From contig OY969585.1 in assembly GCA_963701295.1 (NCBI GenBank), positions 3,264,001-3,328,000 of the forward strand: 64,000 nt of DNA, given 5' to 3'. Numbering within the stretch: the first letter of the stretch is position 1; every line of letters starts with the position of its first letter. Below the pieces are notes generated by a model that was given only the letters and a program-made list of their open reading frames with translations, did no database searches and was not told the DNA's origin. The stretch comes from Ignavibacteriota bacterium. Its GTDB lineage: Bacteria > Bacteroidota > Ignavibacteria > UBA10030. A program made the translations under genes and the position numbers. Below are positions 1 to 10,964 of the stretch, piece by piece.

Positions 1-493
1 CAGCTAGTTGATCAAGCAAAGGTTGTGGTACTTCCGGTGCCGCTGCAGTTACTACAATACCATCGTACGGGGCAAACTCATTCCATCCAACCGTTCCATC
101 GCCACAACGAGTTGCTATGCGATAACCAAGTTTTTCCAGTAATTTTCTTGCTTGCAGATGCAATTCCATATGCCGTTCAATCGTGAATACGCGACATCCC
201 ATCTCAGCAAGAACAGCAGCTTGATAACCGGAGCCAGTACCGATTTCCAATACTTTAGAATCTTTCCCCACTTGTAATTTTTCTGTTTGAAACGCAACTG
301 TGTACGGTTGCGAAATTGTTTGCCCGTTTGCAATGGGCAGCGCGCTGTCATCGTAGGCGCGATTAACAAATGCAGTCAAGACAAACTGTTCCCGCTCTAC
401 TCGCTGGAACGCCTTCAAGAGGAGTTCATCTTTAATTCCTCGCTGTTTCAACAACGCGATCATATCTGCTCGTTCATGTTCGAATCGAGTCAT
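1..493 (-). CDS. pcm: Protein-L-isoaspartate O-methyltransferase (partial, runs off window start)
   Basis: Manual translation from ATG at 493: MTRFEHERADMIALLKQRGIKD...AYDDSALPIANGQTISQPYTVA...KVLEIGTGSGYQAAVLAE, with the PIMT GQTISQP and SAM-binding LEIGTGSGY motifs. ATGA overlap with the upstream gene. Not in the ORF track. Confidence 0.93.
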   Translation of the reverse strand, partial: MTRFEHERADMIALLKQRGIKDELLLKAFQRVEREQFVLTAFVNRAYDDSALPIANGQTISQPYTVAFQTEKLQVGKDSKVLEIGTGSGYQAAVLAEMGCRVFTIERHMELHLQARKLLEKLGYRIATRCGDGTVGWNEFAPYDGIVVTAAAPEVPQPLLDQLA

Positions 494-1173
494 GAGTATT
501 TCCGTAAAAGCACTTTGATAAAATTCATCGTTGTTACCCAATGTGTCATATAGCTCTTTTCATTGCCGTAAACAGTGTTTACCGGAACGAACTCTATTTT
601 AAATTTAAGCCTCGCCGCTTTAATAAGTAATTCTGTCTCCGCTTCATAGCCGTGTGATTCGAGCTGAATATTTTCAAGAACTCTTTTTCGAATCAACCGG
701 AAACCGCACTGGCTATCTCTAATCTTCATTCCCGTTTTTAGACTCACCAACGCAGATGTAAGCGTGTTGGATAGAATACGATGCAGAGGCATTTTTGTTC
801 CTGCTCTTTCACGCCATCCAATAACAATATCTGCGCCGGTGTGTTGCTGTGTGATGAAAAACTTTTGAATATCCTCCGGCTGATGCTGTAAGTCCGCATC
901 GAGCGTGAGAATAAATTCAACTTGGGCTTGTTTTTTAAGAAAATCAAAACCTGTCTGCAAAGCCGTTCCCTTGCCGCAATTCTTGTCATGTCGAAGAGCA
1001 GTCGCTCCAACCAAATGAGCAATCTCTGCTGTATTGTCTATGGAACCATCATCAACAACAATGACCTGCAAATCTCCAACCGAGCGGCGTAAACGGTTTA
1101 CTAATTCCTCCAATGAAGTTCCGGCATTATATGCCGGTATAAGTACGGAAGTCGAACGTACTATCGAATCCAT
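490..1173 (-). CDS. Glycosyltransferase family 2 (DPM1-like)
   Basis: VLIPAYN, VVDDGSID, GKG, TLDADLQH, DSQCGFR motifs. Confidence 0.9.
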   Translation of the reverse strand: MDSIVRSTSVLIPAYNAGTSLEELVNRLRRSVGDLQVIVVDDGSIDNTAEIAHLVGATALRHDKNCGKGTALQTGFDFLKKQAQVEFILTLDADLQHQPEDIQKFFITQQHTGADIVIGWRERAGTKMPLHRILSNTLTSALVSLKTGMKIRDSQCGFRLIRKRVLENIQLESHGYEAETELLIKAARLKFKIEFVPVNTVYGNEKSYMTHWVTTMNFIKVLLRKYS

Positions 1174-1174
1174 C

Positions 1175-2032
1175 TTATGAAGCCACCTGGGTATTTTTAG
1201 ATTTCAATGCATCGGCCACCATCGCTACGCGTTTCATTTCCTTCACATCGTGTACACGGATAATGTTCGCGCCATTCAAAATGGCGCTTGTCACTACTGC
1301 CGCTGTGCCTTCTATTCTCTCGTTCGCCGGTAAATGAAGAATCGCTCCAAGAAATGCTTTACGCGATGGACCCGCCAGCAATGGGTATCCAAATGAAGTA
1401 AAAGATTTCAATTCCCGCAGAAGTTGAATGTTATGCTCGAACTTTTTTCCAAATCCGATTCCCGGATCAACTATCATCTGTTCGATTCCTGCCTCCTTCG
1501 CAGCGAACAATCGCTCAGAGAGGAATTGTTTAACTTCCTTCGTTACATTTTCATATACTGGATTTTCTTGCATCGTCTTTGGCGCACCTTTCATATGCAT
1601 AAGAATGATGCTTGCCCGATACTTTACTGCAACAGACGCCATCTTGGCATCGAATGTCATGGCACTGACGTCATTCACGATAACAGCTCCGGCCTGCAGT
1701 GCAGCATCTGCCACATCTGATTTATAGGTATCGATGGAGAGAGGGACATTCACCTTCTCCGACAAAGCTTTGATAACCGGAACGACTCTCCTAATCTCCT
1801 CTTCAACCAATACCGGTTCTGAACCAGGGCGTGTTGATTCACCACCAACATCGATAAAATCCGCACCATCTTCCGCAAGCTTCAATCCTTGCACTACAGC
1901 TTGTTCGAGGTCAAAATATTTGCCGCCATCGGAAAAGGAATCCGGAGTAACATTCAAAACTCCCATGACATATGTCCGAGAGGCTAAATCATATTCTTTT
2001 TCTCCAAACTTGTATTTCATCTTATGGTTCAC
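1175..2032 (-). CDS. folP: Dihydropteroate synthase
   Basis: [41 protein letters not shown] motifs; true start may be a few codons downstream. Confidence 0.96.
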   Translation of the reverse strand: MNHKMKYKFGEKEYDLASRTYVMGVLNVTPDSFSDGGKYFDLEQAVVQGLKLAEDGADFIDVGGESTRPGSEPVLVEEEIRRVVPVIKALSEKVNVPLSIDTYKSDVADAALQAGAVIVNDVSAMTFDAKMASVAVKYRASIILMHMKGAPKTMQENPVYENVTKEVKQFLSERLFAAKEAGIEQMIVDPGIGFGKKFEHNIQLLRELKSFTSFGYPLLAGPSRKAFLGAILHLPANERIEGTAAVVTSAILNGANIIRVHDVKEMKRVAMVADALKSKNTQVAS

Positions 2033-2193
2033 TGCATGAATGATAGAAACCGCACTTTAGACAAACGAATTTACATTTTCTGTTCTCTATACACGTTCCA
2101 CAGTTTACACAGAACTGTCAGTAATAGTCAGAAGAATTTCGTGGCTTTGCTTTTGAGATTTTTCTGATATATTCTTTTCTTGTTCTTTCATAT

Positions 2194-3639
2194 TTATTGC
2201 CAAAGCAATCGAATAAGTGCAATGCCAACTGCATTTACACCCCATACCATATTCGCTGGTTCTTTATCTGTTGTCAATATCGGAATATCAAGTGACGAGT
2301 GATAGTACGGCGAATAATCAATGTTGACGGAATCGGGATGACCCTTCCACGCTTTCGAACGCCATCCTTGTGTTTGCTGCATTGACGTTGGTTCGTTCCA
2401 TGCTGCTGTGAAAACTGTGATCGATGGAATTTTTTCTTCCGATACATTTAAACTGCTTAGATATTCTGGCAGAAACACATACGAATCAGTTCCGCCTTGC
2501 GAAGGGTTTGTAGTCGCTTCTTTCCAGAATCCTTTTTTGTTCACATACTCCTCACCCACCCGCTCAAAAAGTTTCAATAAGTCGTGATTATGCGGGATAT
2601 CGTTCCCTTCAAAATAAATACAGTGCCTTGACTTTCTAAATCCAATTTCATCGAAGTTGATAACGCCCGCAATCTTCTCTAGACGATCAGAATGAAGTTT
2701 GACATAACTGCTCGCTGAATGATACTCCGTACCCCACACAATGAACTTGATGCTTTTCTTCGGCAAGTGCAGTGTTTTATTTTTCACCATTGAGTTTAAG
2801 ATACGCGCGACTTCTAAGACCCCTGACACACCCGAAGCGTTGTCATCTGCGCCGGGTCCGCCGGAATCGGAATCGCCATGTGCACCGAGAATATAATATT
2901 CATCTGTTTGACCCTTCAACGTGGCGATAATTGTCTTCGAACGCCCGTGTTGGATTGTCGTCTTTGCTGAATAGGTGATGACTATGCGCGTCCCTTTCTC
3001 CAATTCCTCTTGCAATCGTCGACCTGCATTATTTGAGATATTGAAGACTGGGATCTGATTCTTATCCGTTTCTTTGAGAGACGAGATCATTGCCCAGTTA
3101 GAATAGGCAGTCGAAATATCATTCTGGTAACTGATAATGCAACGCGCACCAGCGTCAACCAATTCTCCATACATTTTTTCCGAGGGATGCCGTTCTAGCG
3201 GTACTGCGCTGCTATCCATTGTTCTTGTATCTATATCTCGAATGGATCCAATAAAAGTGAGATGAACAGTATCTCTCCGAGCAGAAGGCGAAAATCCCGC
3301 TAGCCACTCGTGCTGAATGAGTCCACGCAGCCGCTTGGGTTGATCAATCTTCAACTGCCAGCCGTCGTTCGAATATGTAAGCTTTTGGGGATCTTTTATT
3401 ATTTCCGGTTTGAATCCATAGCTCTTAAATTTTTCAAATATGTACTGTGCAGCTTTATCGCCGGATTTTGTTCCACCAAGTCGGTTGCCAAACTTGACCA
3501 GTTCGCGTACATTTTTTTGTAAGTATTTCTGAGAAACCTTAGAAATGAATTTTGATTCGAGCGCTGATTGCGCTTGAAGCTGCAAGACAACGCACAGACA
3601 GAAAACGATCACACGATACAACCGGCATTGTTCTTTCAT
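2194..3639 (-). CDS. Secreted M28-family metallopeptidase with PA-like insert
   Basis: Signal peptide; GAHGDS, GADDNASGV, INFDEIG, GGTD, YYHS motifs; single-Glu WGTEY variant of the EE motif. Confidence 0.8.
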   Translation of the reverse strand: MKEQCRLYRVIVFCLCVVLQLQAQSALESKFISKVSQKYLQKNVRELVKFGNRLGGTKSGDKAAQYIFEKFKSYGFKPEIIKDPQKLTYSNDGWQLKIDQPKRLRGLIQHEWLAGFSPSARRDTVHLTFIGSIRDIDTRTMDSSAVPLERHPSEKMYGELVDAGARCIISYQNDISTAYSNWAMISSLKETDKNQIPVFNISNNAGRRLQEELEKGTRIVITYSAKTTIQHGRSKTIIATLKGQTDEYYILGAHGDSDSGGPGADDNASGVSGVLEVARILNSMVKNKTLHLPKKSIKFIVWGTEYHSASSYVKLHSDRLEKIAGVINFDEIGFRKSRHCIYFEGNDIPHNHDLLKLFERVGEEYVNKKGFWKEATTNPSQGGTDSYVFLPEYLSSLNVSEEKIPSITVFTAAWNEPTSMQQTQGWRSKAWKGHPDSVNIDYSPYYHSSLDIPILTTDKEPANMVWGVNAVGIALIRLLWQ

Positions 3640-3791
3640 TCAGGGAAAACCGAAGGTGACACATTTTCATTCATTTATTGTGATATAATACCAAATTCTT
3701 CTGAGAGGAGCAATTTCTGTACTCCGCTAGGGATGCTACCAAGGTTAACCTAAGATACCTTCCGAAGTTTCCTTGGCGAAGACTCATCTAT

Positions 3792-6700
3792 TCACTTACC
3801 ATCCAGCACTTCCCGAACTACCTTGAGGACTACTTTCGGATTATAGGGTTTGTAAATAAACTTTTGTACACCTGCTTTCAGTAATTCCGATCTCATTTCC
3901 GGATCCAGATACCCTGTTGCAACGATGATTCTAACATTCGGATTGAGTCGCTTGATCCGTTTAAACTCCTCCATACCGGTCAGCTTAGGTAATCCAAGGT
4001 CTGTTAGCACCAGCGCAATCTCTTTTTGTCTTTCTGCGTAGATCTTCACTGCAGTCAAGCCATCAAAAGCGGAAAGAACTGTATATCCTTTTCCTGTCAG
4101 TACAGCATCAAGGTTCTCATTCAATGCTTTCTCATCCTCTACGATCAATAATGTTTCTGAACCTCCGGGAATCTCTTCTATCGTTTCTTTCTTCGCTGGT
4201 TCTAAATGTTCTGTATTGTGCGAGACAGGCAAATATAACCGGAAGGTCGCCCCTTTACCAAGCTCACTTTCTACATCAATAAATCCGTGATGGGTTTGAA
4301 CAATACCGAACACTACGGCTAATCCCAATCCGGTTCCCTTCCCTTTTTCTTTCGTAGTGAAAAACGGCTCAAAGATTCTGTCCCGAACCTCTGCAGCCAC
4401 CCCTGTACCGGTATCGACAACTTCAATACAGATGTAACTATCAGCAACGGCATCAGGATGTCGATTGCGCATACTCGACCTAGCACGCACGCTCGTACTG
4501 ATGGTCAGAACGCCTCCACTCTGCATAGCATCACGTGCATTAACACATAGATTTAACATCGCTTGATGCAACTGCGAATGATCGGCATAGATAGAAGGGA
4601 TTTCTTTTTCGAGATTTTGTGAATACACAATAGTTTTGGGGAATGTTTCCATAATCATTCCCATGACTTCTTTTGCAACGTTATTAACATTCACCCAACG
4701 AAATTCTGTCTCCGTTTTTCTCGCAAAGGTTAGTATTTGCCTGACAAGCGTCGTTCCGCGTTCAACCGCCTTGGTAATGATCTCAATACTATGTTGTAGT
4801 TTTTCTGGATCATTTTTTACAATATTGATGCGTGAAATATATCCCAATATAATCCCAAGAATATTGTTAAAGTCATGAGCAATACCACCTGCAAGCGTTC
4901 CCAACCCTTCCAATTTTTGCATTCGGCGCAGCGGCTCTTCTAGCATCTTGCGCTGAGTGATATCCTGATAGATGACTTGAAACTGCTTTGTACCATTCCA
5001 AAAAACCTCCTTGCGGAAAACCTGAACGTGCCGCACTTCTCTATTTTTTCTTACAATGCTTATTTCATATTCAGATGGGCCAAACTCGCCCCGATCTCTT
5101 TGCTCTTTTCTTTTTCTGAACTCATCATAGCTTTCCGGTGTATAGCGTTCTTTAATAGGTGTTCTTTTCAACTCCTCATGGCTGCTGTACCCATAGATAT
5201 CCAGGATTGCTTTGTTCGCATACAATATTTCACCAGCTGATGATACTATTCGTACTCCCAGCGGTGAATCATCTAAGGAACGGCGAAAGTTCTCTTCTGC
5301 TCTGCGCAGAGCATCTTCCATTTCTACTCGTTCATTGATATCGATTGAAAAAATGAACATGCCTTGTACTTTTCCTTCTGCATCGATATCCGGGATATAT
5401 GTAGTAAGTTCATACGACACTTCGCCAACCGGCGTTTTGATCGGGTTCACAAATGTTACTTGCTCACCTGCTAACGTCTGTTTGATATAAGGCTCAACTT
5501 GCTTGAAAGTTTCATTGCCAAGAACTTCCCGCATTGTGAGGCCTACAACATCTACCGACAATATACCAAATATACGTTCATACCCGGCACTGGCAAACCG
5601 GTAGCGAAGATCTTTATCTATAGTGGATACAAGACCGGGAAAATTATCAGTAACTAACAAAAGCTGCTTTTCCCGTTCGCGTAATGCTTCCTCTGCTTCT
5701 TTTCGTTCTGTAATATCCCGAATAATTTCCTGATAATAAGTCTTTCCATCGATGGTAATGGTACGGCCGCTAATCTCCACGGGAAATACTGAACCATCTT
5801 TTCGTCGATGGTATGTTTCATATAACGTACCGCTTGGAGCCATCATCGACTTCAACCTTTCATCAAGATCAGAAGGCATTTTTGTCTGCCATATGTCTCT
5901 AATATATAAGCTCAGCAATTCCTCATGACTATATCCATAGGTATGCTCTGCTCGTTCATTCGCTTCGATGATGCGTTGTTCTTCATTGGAAAGAAAAATG
6001 ACATCGTTAGCATATCTCATGAGATAATCAAAATGTTGAATGAGCGCCTGTCGTTCTTGTTGCGATTCTATCAATACCTGATATTGCTTGACCTCCTGCT
6101 CTTTCCAGATCATGCGTATACCACTTGCAAGCAGCAGAAGAATAAGCGCTGTGACAGATGTGACCCCTATTGCGATGCGCGTATTCTCTGCAAGAACTTC
6201 ATCGACATCTGTCTTTGCTACCATATACCACGGGGAATTTGAGATTTGCCGTACCGCAGCTACGACCTCTTCTTGTCGATAATCTATTCCTTCTACCACC
6301 CCCTCGTACCCGCGTGCAGCAATCGCTGCGGGTAATTTATTTTCGTTTATTGACATTCTCAGAGTAAGTTTTTTTTCCTTTCGATGCCGTAATTCATTGA
6401 GATAGACGACCTCGTCCCCTTCTCTCCGAAGAATCAAAGTTTCCGACGTCTTGCTTATTACCGGCCATGATTGAATAAGTGGATAGAGAAACCGCCCTGG
6501 ATCAATACGCAAAAGCAGCGATCCTAACGCCATGGTATCCTTTTTGCCGATCTTAATAAGGGGTACAACAAGCCCCATATATACCCTTCCATCATCATGC
6601 ACATCGAGATCGGCAAACAAAATTTTTTTTGTACGAATTGCCTCTTTAAAGATTTCATTTTCGTACACACTGGCTTTGCAGGAATCATCGAGAATACAAA

Positions 6701-7022
6701 AGAGACGTCTGCCACTTATGCTGAAGAGGTCCATATTGACATACTGCCGGTTTTTGAACATTGGCATCATCCAACCGAGCATCGCATCGCATTCTTTTCG
6801 GCCATACGGTTTCTTAAGAAATTGTTCAAATTGCGAAGTAATTGCTTCACTATGAAAAATGAAACTCGCATCATTGAATCTCTCTTGGCGCCAATTCTCT
6901 ATCTGTCCACTTTTGAGCTTTGCAATAGATGACAGATTATCTTTTGCCAATTGCAGTAGTCTCTGTTTTTGCTGGTAGTAATAGAAATACCCCGCCAATG
7001 TAAGGCCGATGGCAAAGAGCAT
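3792..7022 (-). CDS. Membrane hybrid sensor kinase (Cache-like periplasmic domain, 3 PAS, HisKA, HATPase, REC)
   Basis: Two TM segments, PAS/PAC repeats, [14 protein letters not shown]-box, [21 protein letters not shown]-terminal receiver. True start is probably ATG 7072, 1 nt out of frame in an A8 tract. Confidence 0.9.
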   Translation of the reverse strand: MLFAIGLTLAGYFYYYQQKQRLLQLAKDNLSSIAKLKSGQIENWRQERFNDASFIFHSEAITSQFEQFLKKPYGRKECDAMLGWMMPMFKNRQYVNMDLFSISGRRLFCILDDSCKASVYENEIFKEAIRTKKILFADLDVHDDGRVYMGLVVPLIKIGKKDTMALGSLLLRIDPGRFLYPLIQSWPVISKTSETLILRREGDEVVYLNELRHRKEKKLTLRMSINENKLPAAIAARGYEGVVEGIDYRQEEVVAAVRQISNSPWYMVAKTDVDEVLAENTRIAIGVTSVTALILLLLASGIRMIWKEQEVKQYQVLIESQQERQALIQHFDYLMRYANDVIFLSNEEQRIIEANERAEHTYGYSHEELLSLYIRDIWQTKMPSDLDERLKSMMAPSGTLYETYHRRKDGSVFPVEISGRTITIDGKTYYQEIIRDITERKEAEEALREREKQLLLVTDNFPGLVSTIDKDLRYRFASAGYERIFGILSVDVVGLTMREVLGNETFKQVEPYIKQTLAGEQVTFVNPIKTPVGEVSYELTTYIPDIDAEGKVQGMFIFSIDINERVEMEDALRRAEENFRRSLDDSPLGVRIVSSAGEILYANKAILDIYGYSSHEELKRTPIKERYTPESYDEFRKRKEQRDRGEFGPSEYEISIVRKNREVRHVQVFRKEVFWNGTKQFQVIYQDITQRKMLEEPLRRMQKLEGLGTLAGGIAHDFNNILGIILGYISRINIVKNDPEKLQHSIEIITKAVERGTTLVRQILTFARKTETEFRWVNVNNVAKEVMGMIMETFPKTIVYSQNLEKEIPSIYADHSQLHQAMLNLCVNARDAMQSGGVLTISTSVRARSSMRNRHPDAVADSYICIEVVDTGTGVAAEVRDRIFEPFFTTKEKGKGTGLGLAVVFGIVQTHHGFIDVESELGKGATFRLYLPVSHNTEHLEPAKKETIEEIPGGSETLLIVEDEKALNENLDAVLTGKGYTVLSAFDGLTAVKIYAERQKEIALVLTDLGLPKLTGMEEFKRIKRLNPNVRIIVATGYLDPEMRSELLKAGVQKFIYKPYNPKVVLKVVREVLDGK

Positions 7023-7261
7023 AAAAATACTTATGAGGTAGGATGCATGAAGGCGACGAATTTTTTTTCCATACTCACACTCTTAACAATGCAGCATTCT
7101 CAATCTCTATATGAAATACAATATTGAGGATGGAAAGAAACTAGCAAAATACCATGTGTCTAATAGGGAAATGTTATCAGACAGCCGTCCGAAGTACCTT
7201 TTATACATGTGCATATTCTTTTATCTCATCCCTTTATAATACACAATGTTTCTATGCTAAC

Positions 7262-7316
7262 TTGCACAAAAGAGTAACGAGTCTTTTAATAAAAATCAAG
7301 GTCTTGATACTATCAA
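7262..7316 (+). promoter_or_regulatory. Putative sigma70 promoter (TTGCAC-N17-TTTAAT) followed by palindrome TTGATACTATCAA
   Basis: -35 at 7262-7267, -10 at 7285-7290, palindrome at 7304-7316, upstream of the LacI-like gene. Confidence 0.45.
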
Positions 7317-7403
7317 TTGTCGTAGTTTGCTTTCAGAGTTCTTTTTTGGTAGTATTCATTTAAATATATAGTATGCAATTAAGCAAGAAAGGAAATTACC
7401 GAA

Positions 7404-8231
7404 ATGGCAAACCGAGAGACGAAAGTTGTGGTCGCAGCACCGAACTTCGGATCGCCGTTACAAGTTGCAATTTCTGAACATCTCAAAAAGTGGCTTAAGC
7501 CGGAGGAGATTGCACGACGGTCTGTGACAGATGACTCTGACATGCAGAAGGAGCGCTTGAAGCAAGCACTTGTCCAAACAAATCCCACTGCCTTAATCGC
7601 TATTAGTGTGCGGCCGGATTCCGATACGATTGCTGCCTACTCCGCTGCCAATGTTCCCATCGTACTAATAGACGAGGAGACTGCCGGTGTGTCTACCATT
7701 ACCACGGACAACCGCTTGGGTGGACAAATAGCCGGTGAGTACATTATCGCGAAAGGTCGGAAGAAGATCGCCATCGTCTCTGGCAAGACTCAGGTGGAGG
7801 GTGGTTACAATGCGGAACAAAGGATCAAGGGGTTCCAACAGGCGCTCAGCGTTAGAAAGCTCTCCATATTGCCAGGATGCATGATCGAGGTGATCCACTA
7901 CTCTCGCGAGGACGGCATCTCTGTGATGCCGAAGTTGTTGCACGTTGGCGTGGATGCCATCTTTTGCGCGGCAGGCGATAATTGCGCACTAGGGTTGCTG
8001 ACTGTAGCCAGAGAGCAGGGAGTACGAATACCAGAGGATATCGCAATTGTGGGCTTCGATGACCTGCTTATAGCACAGCTATCAACCCCAAAACTTACTA
8101 CCATCAGACAACCTTTGATAGAAATGGCAGAGGCAGCGTACAAGATGGCTGTAATCCACAGAGATGAAATTCTTCGCAAACCTCAGAGGGTCGTATTCAA
8201 ACCTGAACTTATAGTTCGTCAATCAGCATGA
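7404..8231 (+). CDS. LacI/GalR-family ligand-binding domain protein lacking the N-terminal HTH
   Basis: TDNRLGG, DAIFCAAGD, IPEDIAIVGFDD, LTTIRQP, PELIVRQS motifs; AAGGA RBS before the ATG; no HTH and no signal peptide. Confidence 0.85.
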   Translation: MANRETKVVVAAPNFGSPLQVAISEHLKKWLKPEEIARRSVTDDSDMQKERLKQALVQTNPTALIAISVRPDSDTIAAYSAANVPIVLIDEETAGVSTITTDNRLGGQIAGEYIIAKGRKKIAIVSGKTQVEGGYNAEQRIKGFQQALSVRKLSILPGCMIEVIHYSREDGISVMPKLLHVGVDAIFCAAGDNCALGLLTVAREQGVRIPEDIAIVGFDDLLIAQLSTPKLTTIRQPLIEMAEAAYKMAVIHRDEILRKPQRVVFKPELIVRQSA

Positions 8232-8423
8232 AATCTTGCACCCGAGGAGCAGCAGAGAAGTGTTCACGAATTGACCTATCTGAAGTGTACGTTCACTTGC
8301 GAGGTGGTATCGGGGCTATTGAAAATCCCGAGCGGGAATATTGCTTAGCGCATTGCATCAACTTACCTTCTGGACAGAAACAAGAGAGAATGATATTGGA
8401 ATTCTTAAGGGCACTCTAAAAAT

Positions 8424-8497
8424 ATCCCCTCCTCTCCCCTCCCCCGAGGGGGAGATTTACGCCAGAGGCAGATTTGCCTTTGGTGCAAAGAGGGGAT
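8424..8497. repeat. Nested palindromic REP-like element
   Basis: Outer IR ATCCCCTC...GAGGGGAT; inner CTCCCCC-GA-GGGGGAG (8439-8454) and CGCCAGAGGCA-GATT-TGCCTTTGGTG (8460-8485); GC-rich tract in an AT-rich gap between convergent genes. Confidence 0.6.
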
Positions 8498-8601
8498 TAC
8501 AAAATACATTTTCAAAAATAGTTTATGTCATTACCTTTTGTTCTGTTTGAAACAATCTTCAACTAAAATCCGTAATACGTTCTTACATTTGATGAATGCA
8601 C

Positions 8602-9912
8602 TCATAATGCATACAGAACTTCTTTGATCTTTTGCAGAACATCTTCCTGTTTATATGGTTTTTGAATAAAGTCTTTGGCTCCGTCTTTTAGAAGTGCGGC
8701 TTTGATATCAGTAAAGATGCCGCTGGTAAAAATAACTTTCACATCTGGATTTATTTCCTTCAATTTCGCGAACACTTCCCTCCCATTAAGTCCAGGTAAT
8801 CCTATGTCTGTAAAAACAAGCGAGATTTTTTCTCGGTGCAGCCGGTACATTTCAACTGCTTCGATACCATCCTTTGCAGCAAGCACTGTATATCCTTTCG
8901 ATTCGAACATGATGCGCGCCAGGTCCAGAAGAGACTTCTCATCCTCCACGACAAGAATAGTTTCTGCACTACCGGCATTCTTCGACATTTTTATCTGCAA
9001 AGAATCATTACTTTTTTTGTTGCTGGCCATTACTGGAAAGTAAAGATAAAACGTACTTCCATGTCCAGGTTCACTTTCCAGATTGATGAATCCGTGATGC
9101 GCTTTTACAATGCCGTAAACAACCGAAAGCCCCAAACCTTTTCCTTTTTCTTTTGTAGTAAAGAATGGATCAAAGATCATATCTTTTGCCGTTTCTTCTA
9201 TCCCTGTACCTGTATCTGAGATACTGATACAGATATACCGATCATGGTCAACTGAAGGGAAGAGCACTTGAAGTTCTTGGCGTGTCGCGCTGTTCACTCG
9301 AATAGTTATAGTACCTCCCTCGGGCATAGCATCGCGGGCATTGATACAGAGATTCAATAACATCCGATGCATCTTGGTCTGGTCGGCGCTGATACAAGAA
9401 ATGTTTTGTTCTATCAATTTCTGAAATTTTATACTCTCTGGGAATGTTTGCTTGAGTTTAGAAAGAATATCGTTTATGAGATCAGGAACAGAGAGCGGTC
9501 TTAATGATACATCAGCCTTGCCAGTGAAGGCAAGAAGCTGGGTTACAAGTTCAGCGCCTCGTTCTACAGCATTGTTAATAGCCTTGAGGATATCAGCATG
9601 TTTCTCAGGACTTACCTTGTTCATCTCGAGGAGAGAAGAAGATGCCAGAATGATGCCGAAAATATTGTTAAAATCATGCGCAATATTGCCTGCAAATGTA
9701 CCTATGCTCTGCATCTTCAGTGTATGGAAAGATTGATTCTGGACTTTATTATGCTTTGCGTGATCCTGAAACACTTCAAACATTGCTTTTTTGTTTTGAT
9801 ACTGAACGCCTAAGTGATTCATTTGAAATACGTGACCCCCCAGAGCTTCTACTGTTTCATTCATATTCACCTTCTTTAATTCGTTTTCTTTCATCAAAAT
9901 CTCATCCTTCAA
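8602..9912 (-). CDS. Soluble hybrid histidine kinase (HisKA-HATPase-REC) with no recognisable sensor domain
   Basis: [30 protein letters not shown], receiver domain; likely start ATG 9894. Confidence 0.88.
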   Translation of the reverse strand: MKDEILMKENELKKVNMNETVEALGGHVFQMNHLGVQYQNKKAMFEVFQDHAKHNKVQNQSFHTLKMQSIGTFAGNIAHDFNNIFGIILASSSLLEMNKVSPEKHADILKAINNAVERGAELVTQLLAFTGKADVSLRPLSVPDLINDILSKLKQTFPESIKFQKLIEQNISCISADQTKMHRMLLNLCINARDAMPEGGTITIRVNSATRQELQVLFPSVDHDRYICISISDTGTGIEETAKDMIFDPFFTTKEKGKGLGLSVVYGIVKAHHGFINLESEPGHGSTFYLYFPVMASNKKSNDSLQIKMSKNAGSAETILVVEDEKSLLDLARIMFESKGYTVLAAKDGIEAVEMYRLHREKISLVFTDIGLPGLNGREVFAKLKEINPDVKVIFTSGIFTDIKAALLKDGAKDFIQKPYKQEDVLQKIKEVLYAL

Positions 9913-10242
9913 CCGTTTAAGATATGGTTTACACTTTTATGTGGTTTTTAATGTTTTTCAAAAGCCCCTCTGATGCCGCACATGGAACTGTATACTTGCT
10001 TCTTCTTCCATCCGCAAATTCAGAGAATAGGCTCTCTTGAACAAATGCCATTCGTTCGTTCGAAGAGAGATGCCTACTATCAAGTTTTCAGCACACGTGC
10101 ATGAGCTTTTATACTCTTCTAAAAGAAATTATTTATTGTTATTGCAGAGGAGGACTATTGAAACTTCGAAATTAAACTAATACGAATCAATACCGAGAAC
10201 CCAGTATTTAAGCAAGGATGTAATTGTGAGGGGAAAATCGAT

Positions 10243-10917
10243 TTAGACCAACCGTTCTTTAATCGCTTTGGCAACCATCGCATGCCGATTGGATACATTG
10301 AGCTTATGAAAAATATTCTTGATATGCGTTTCCACCGTGTTATAAGTTATTGAAAGTTGTTGAGCAACCTCCGCACTGTTTAATCCCTGGGTAACCCAAC
10401 GGACGACTTCCCGTTCCCGAGCCGAGAGATTATACGATTCACTCTCAGGTTTTCCGGCGATGTAAGCATCCGTCATCCTTTGTGTAATCATTGGATCGAG
10501 AGGCGTTCCCCCTTTTTGCACTGTTTCAATTGCCCGGATAATGTCCAGAGGTTGGGAAGACTTGAGGAGATACCCCGCCGCACCCCTCTTGAGCGAGGTT
10601 CGTATGTCCATATCGAAATCGTACGACGTTAGCATAATGATATCTGTGGAGGGAGCAATCCGTTTGAGGAGAGCGATTGCATCCACACCTTTCATTCCGG
10701 GCATTTTGATGTCAAGCAAAATAACTTGTGGCGGATGGTTCTTGGTTTCAAGATATTCGATGGCCGACCGGCTGGAATGAAAATACTTTTCACAGATGAT
10801 CGTATTGCTGCGGTTCAATGCTTCCGACAATACGACACAGAAACTTTTATTGTCATCAACAATCAAAACGGAAATACGCTTTCTTCTTGCTTGTACGTTT
10901 TCTTGTAAGCTCATCAT
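10243..10917 (-). CDS. NarL/LuxR-family DNA-binding response regulator
   Basis: VLIVDD, LLDIKMPG, GAAGYLLK, LSAREREV...TVETHIKNIFHKL. Confidence 0.93.
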   Translation of the reverse strand: MMSLQENVQARRKRISVLIVDDNKSFCVVLSEALNRSNTIICEKYFHSSRSAIEYLETKNHPPQVILLDIKMPGMKGVDAIALLKRIAPSTDIIMLTSYDFDMDIRTSLKRGAAGYLLKSSQPLDIIRAIETVQKGGTPLDPMITQRMTDAYIAGKPESESYNLSAREREVVRWVTQGLNSAEVAQQLSITYNTVETHIKNIFHKLNVSNRHAMVAKAIKERLV

Positions 10918-10964
10918 ATGGTCTTTGTAAAGTATGTTTCTATCTCCAATAAGTCTGTAGTAAG

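Noticed and set aside
2105-2191. 28-aa minus-strand ORF MKEQEKNISEKSQ... between the peptidase and folP
   Set aside because: Too short, with no motif or RBS to support it.
7304-7316. FNR/CRP box
   Set aside because: Spacing is TTGAT-N3-ATCAA rather than N4; kept only as an unassigned palindrome.
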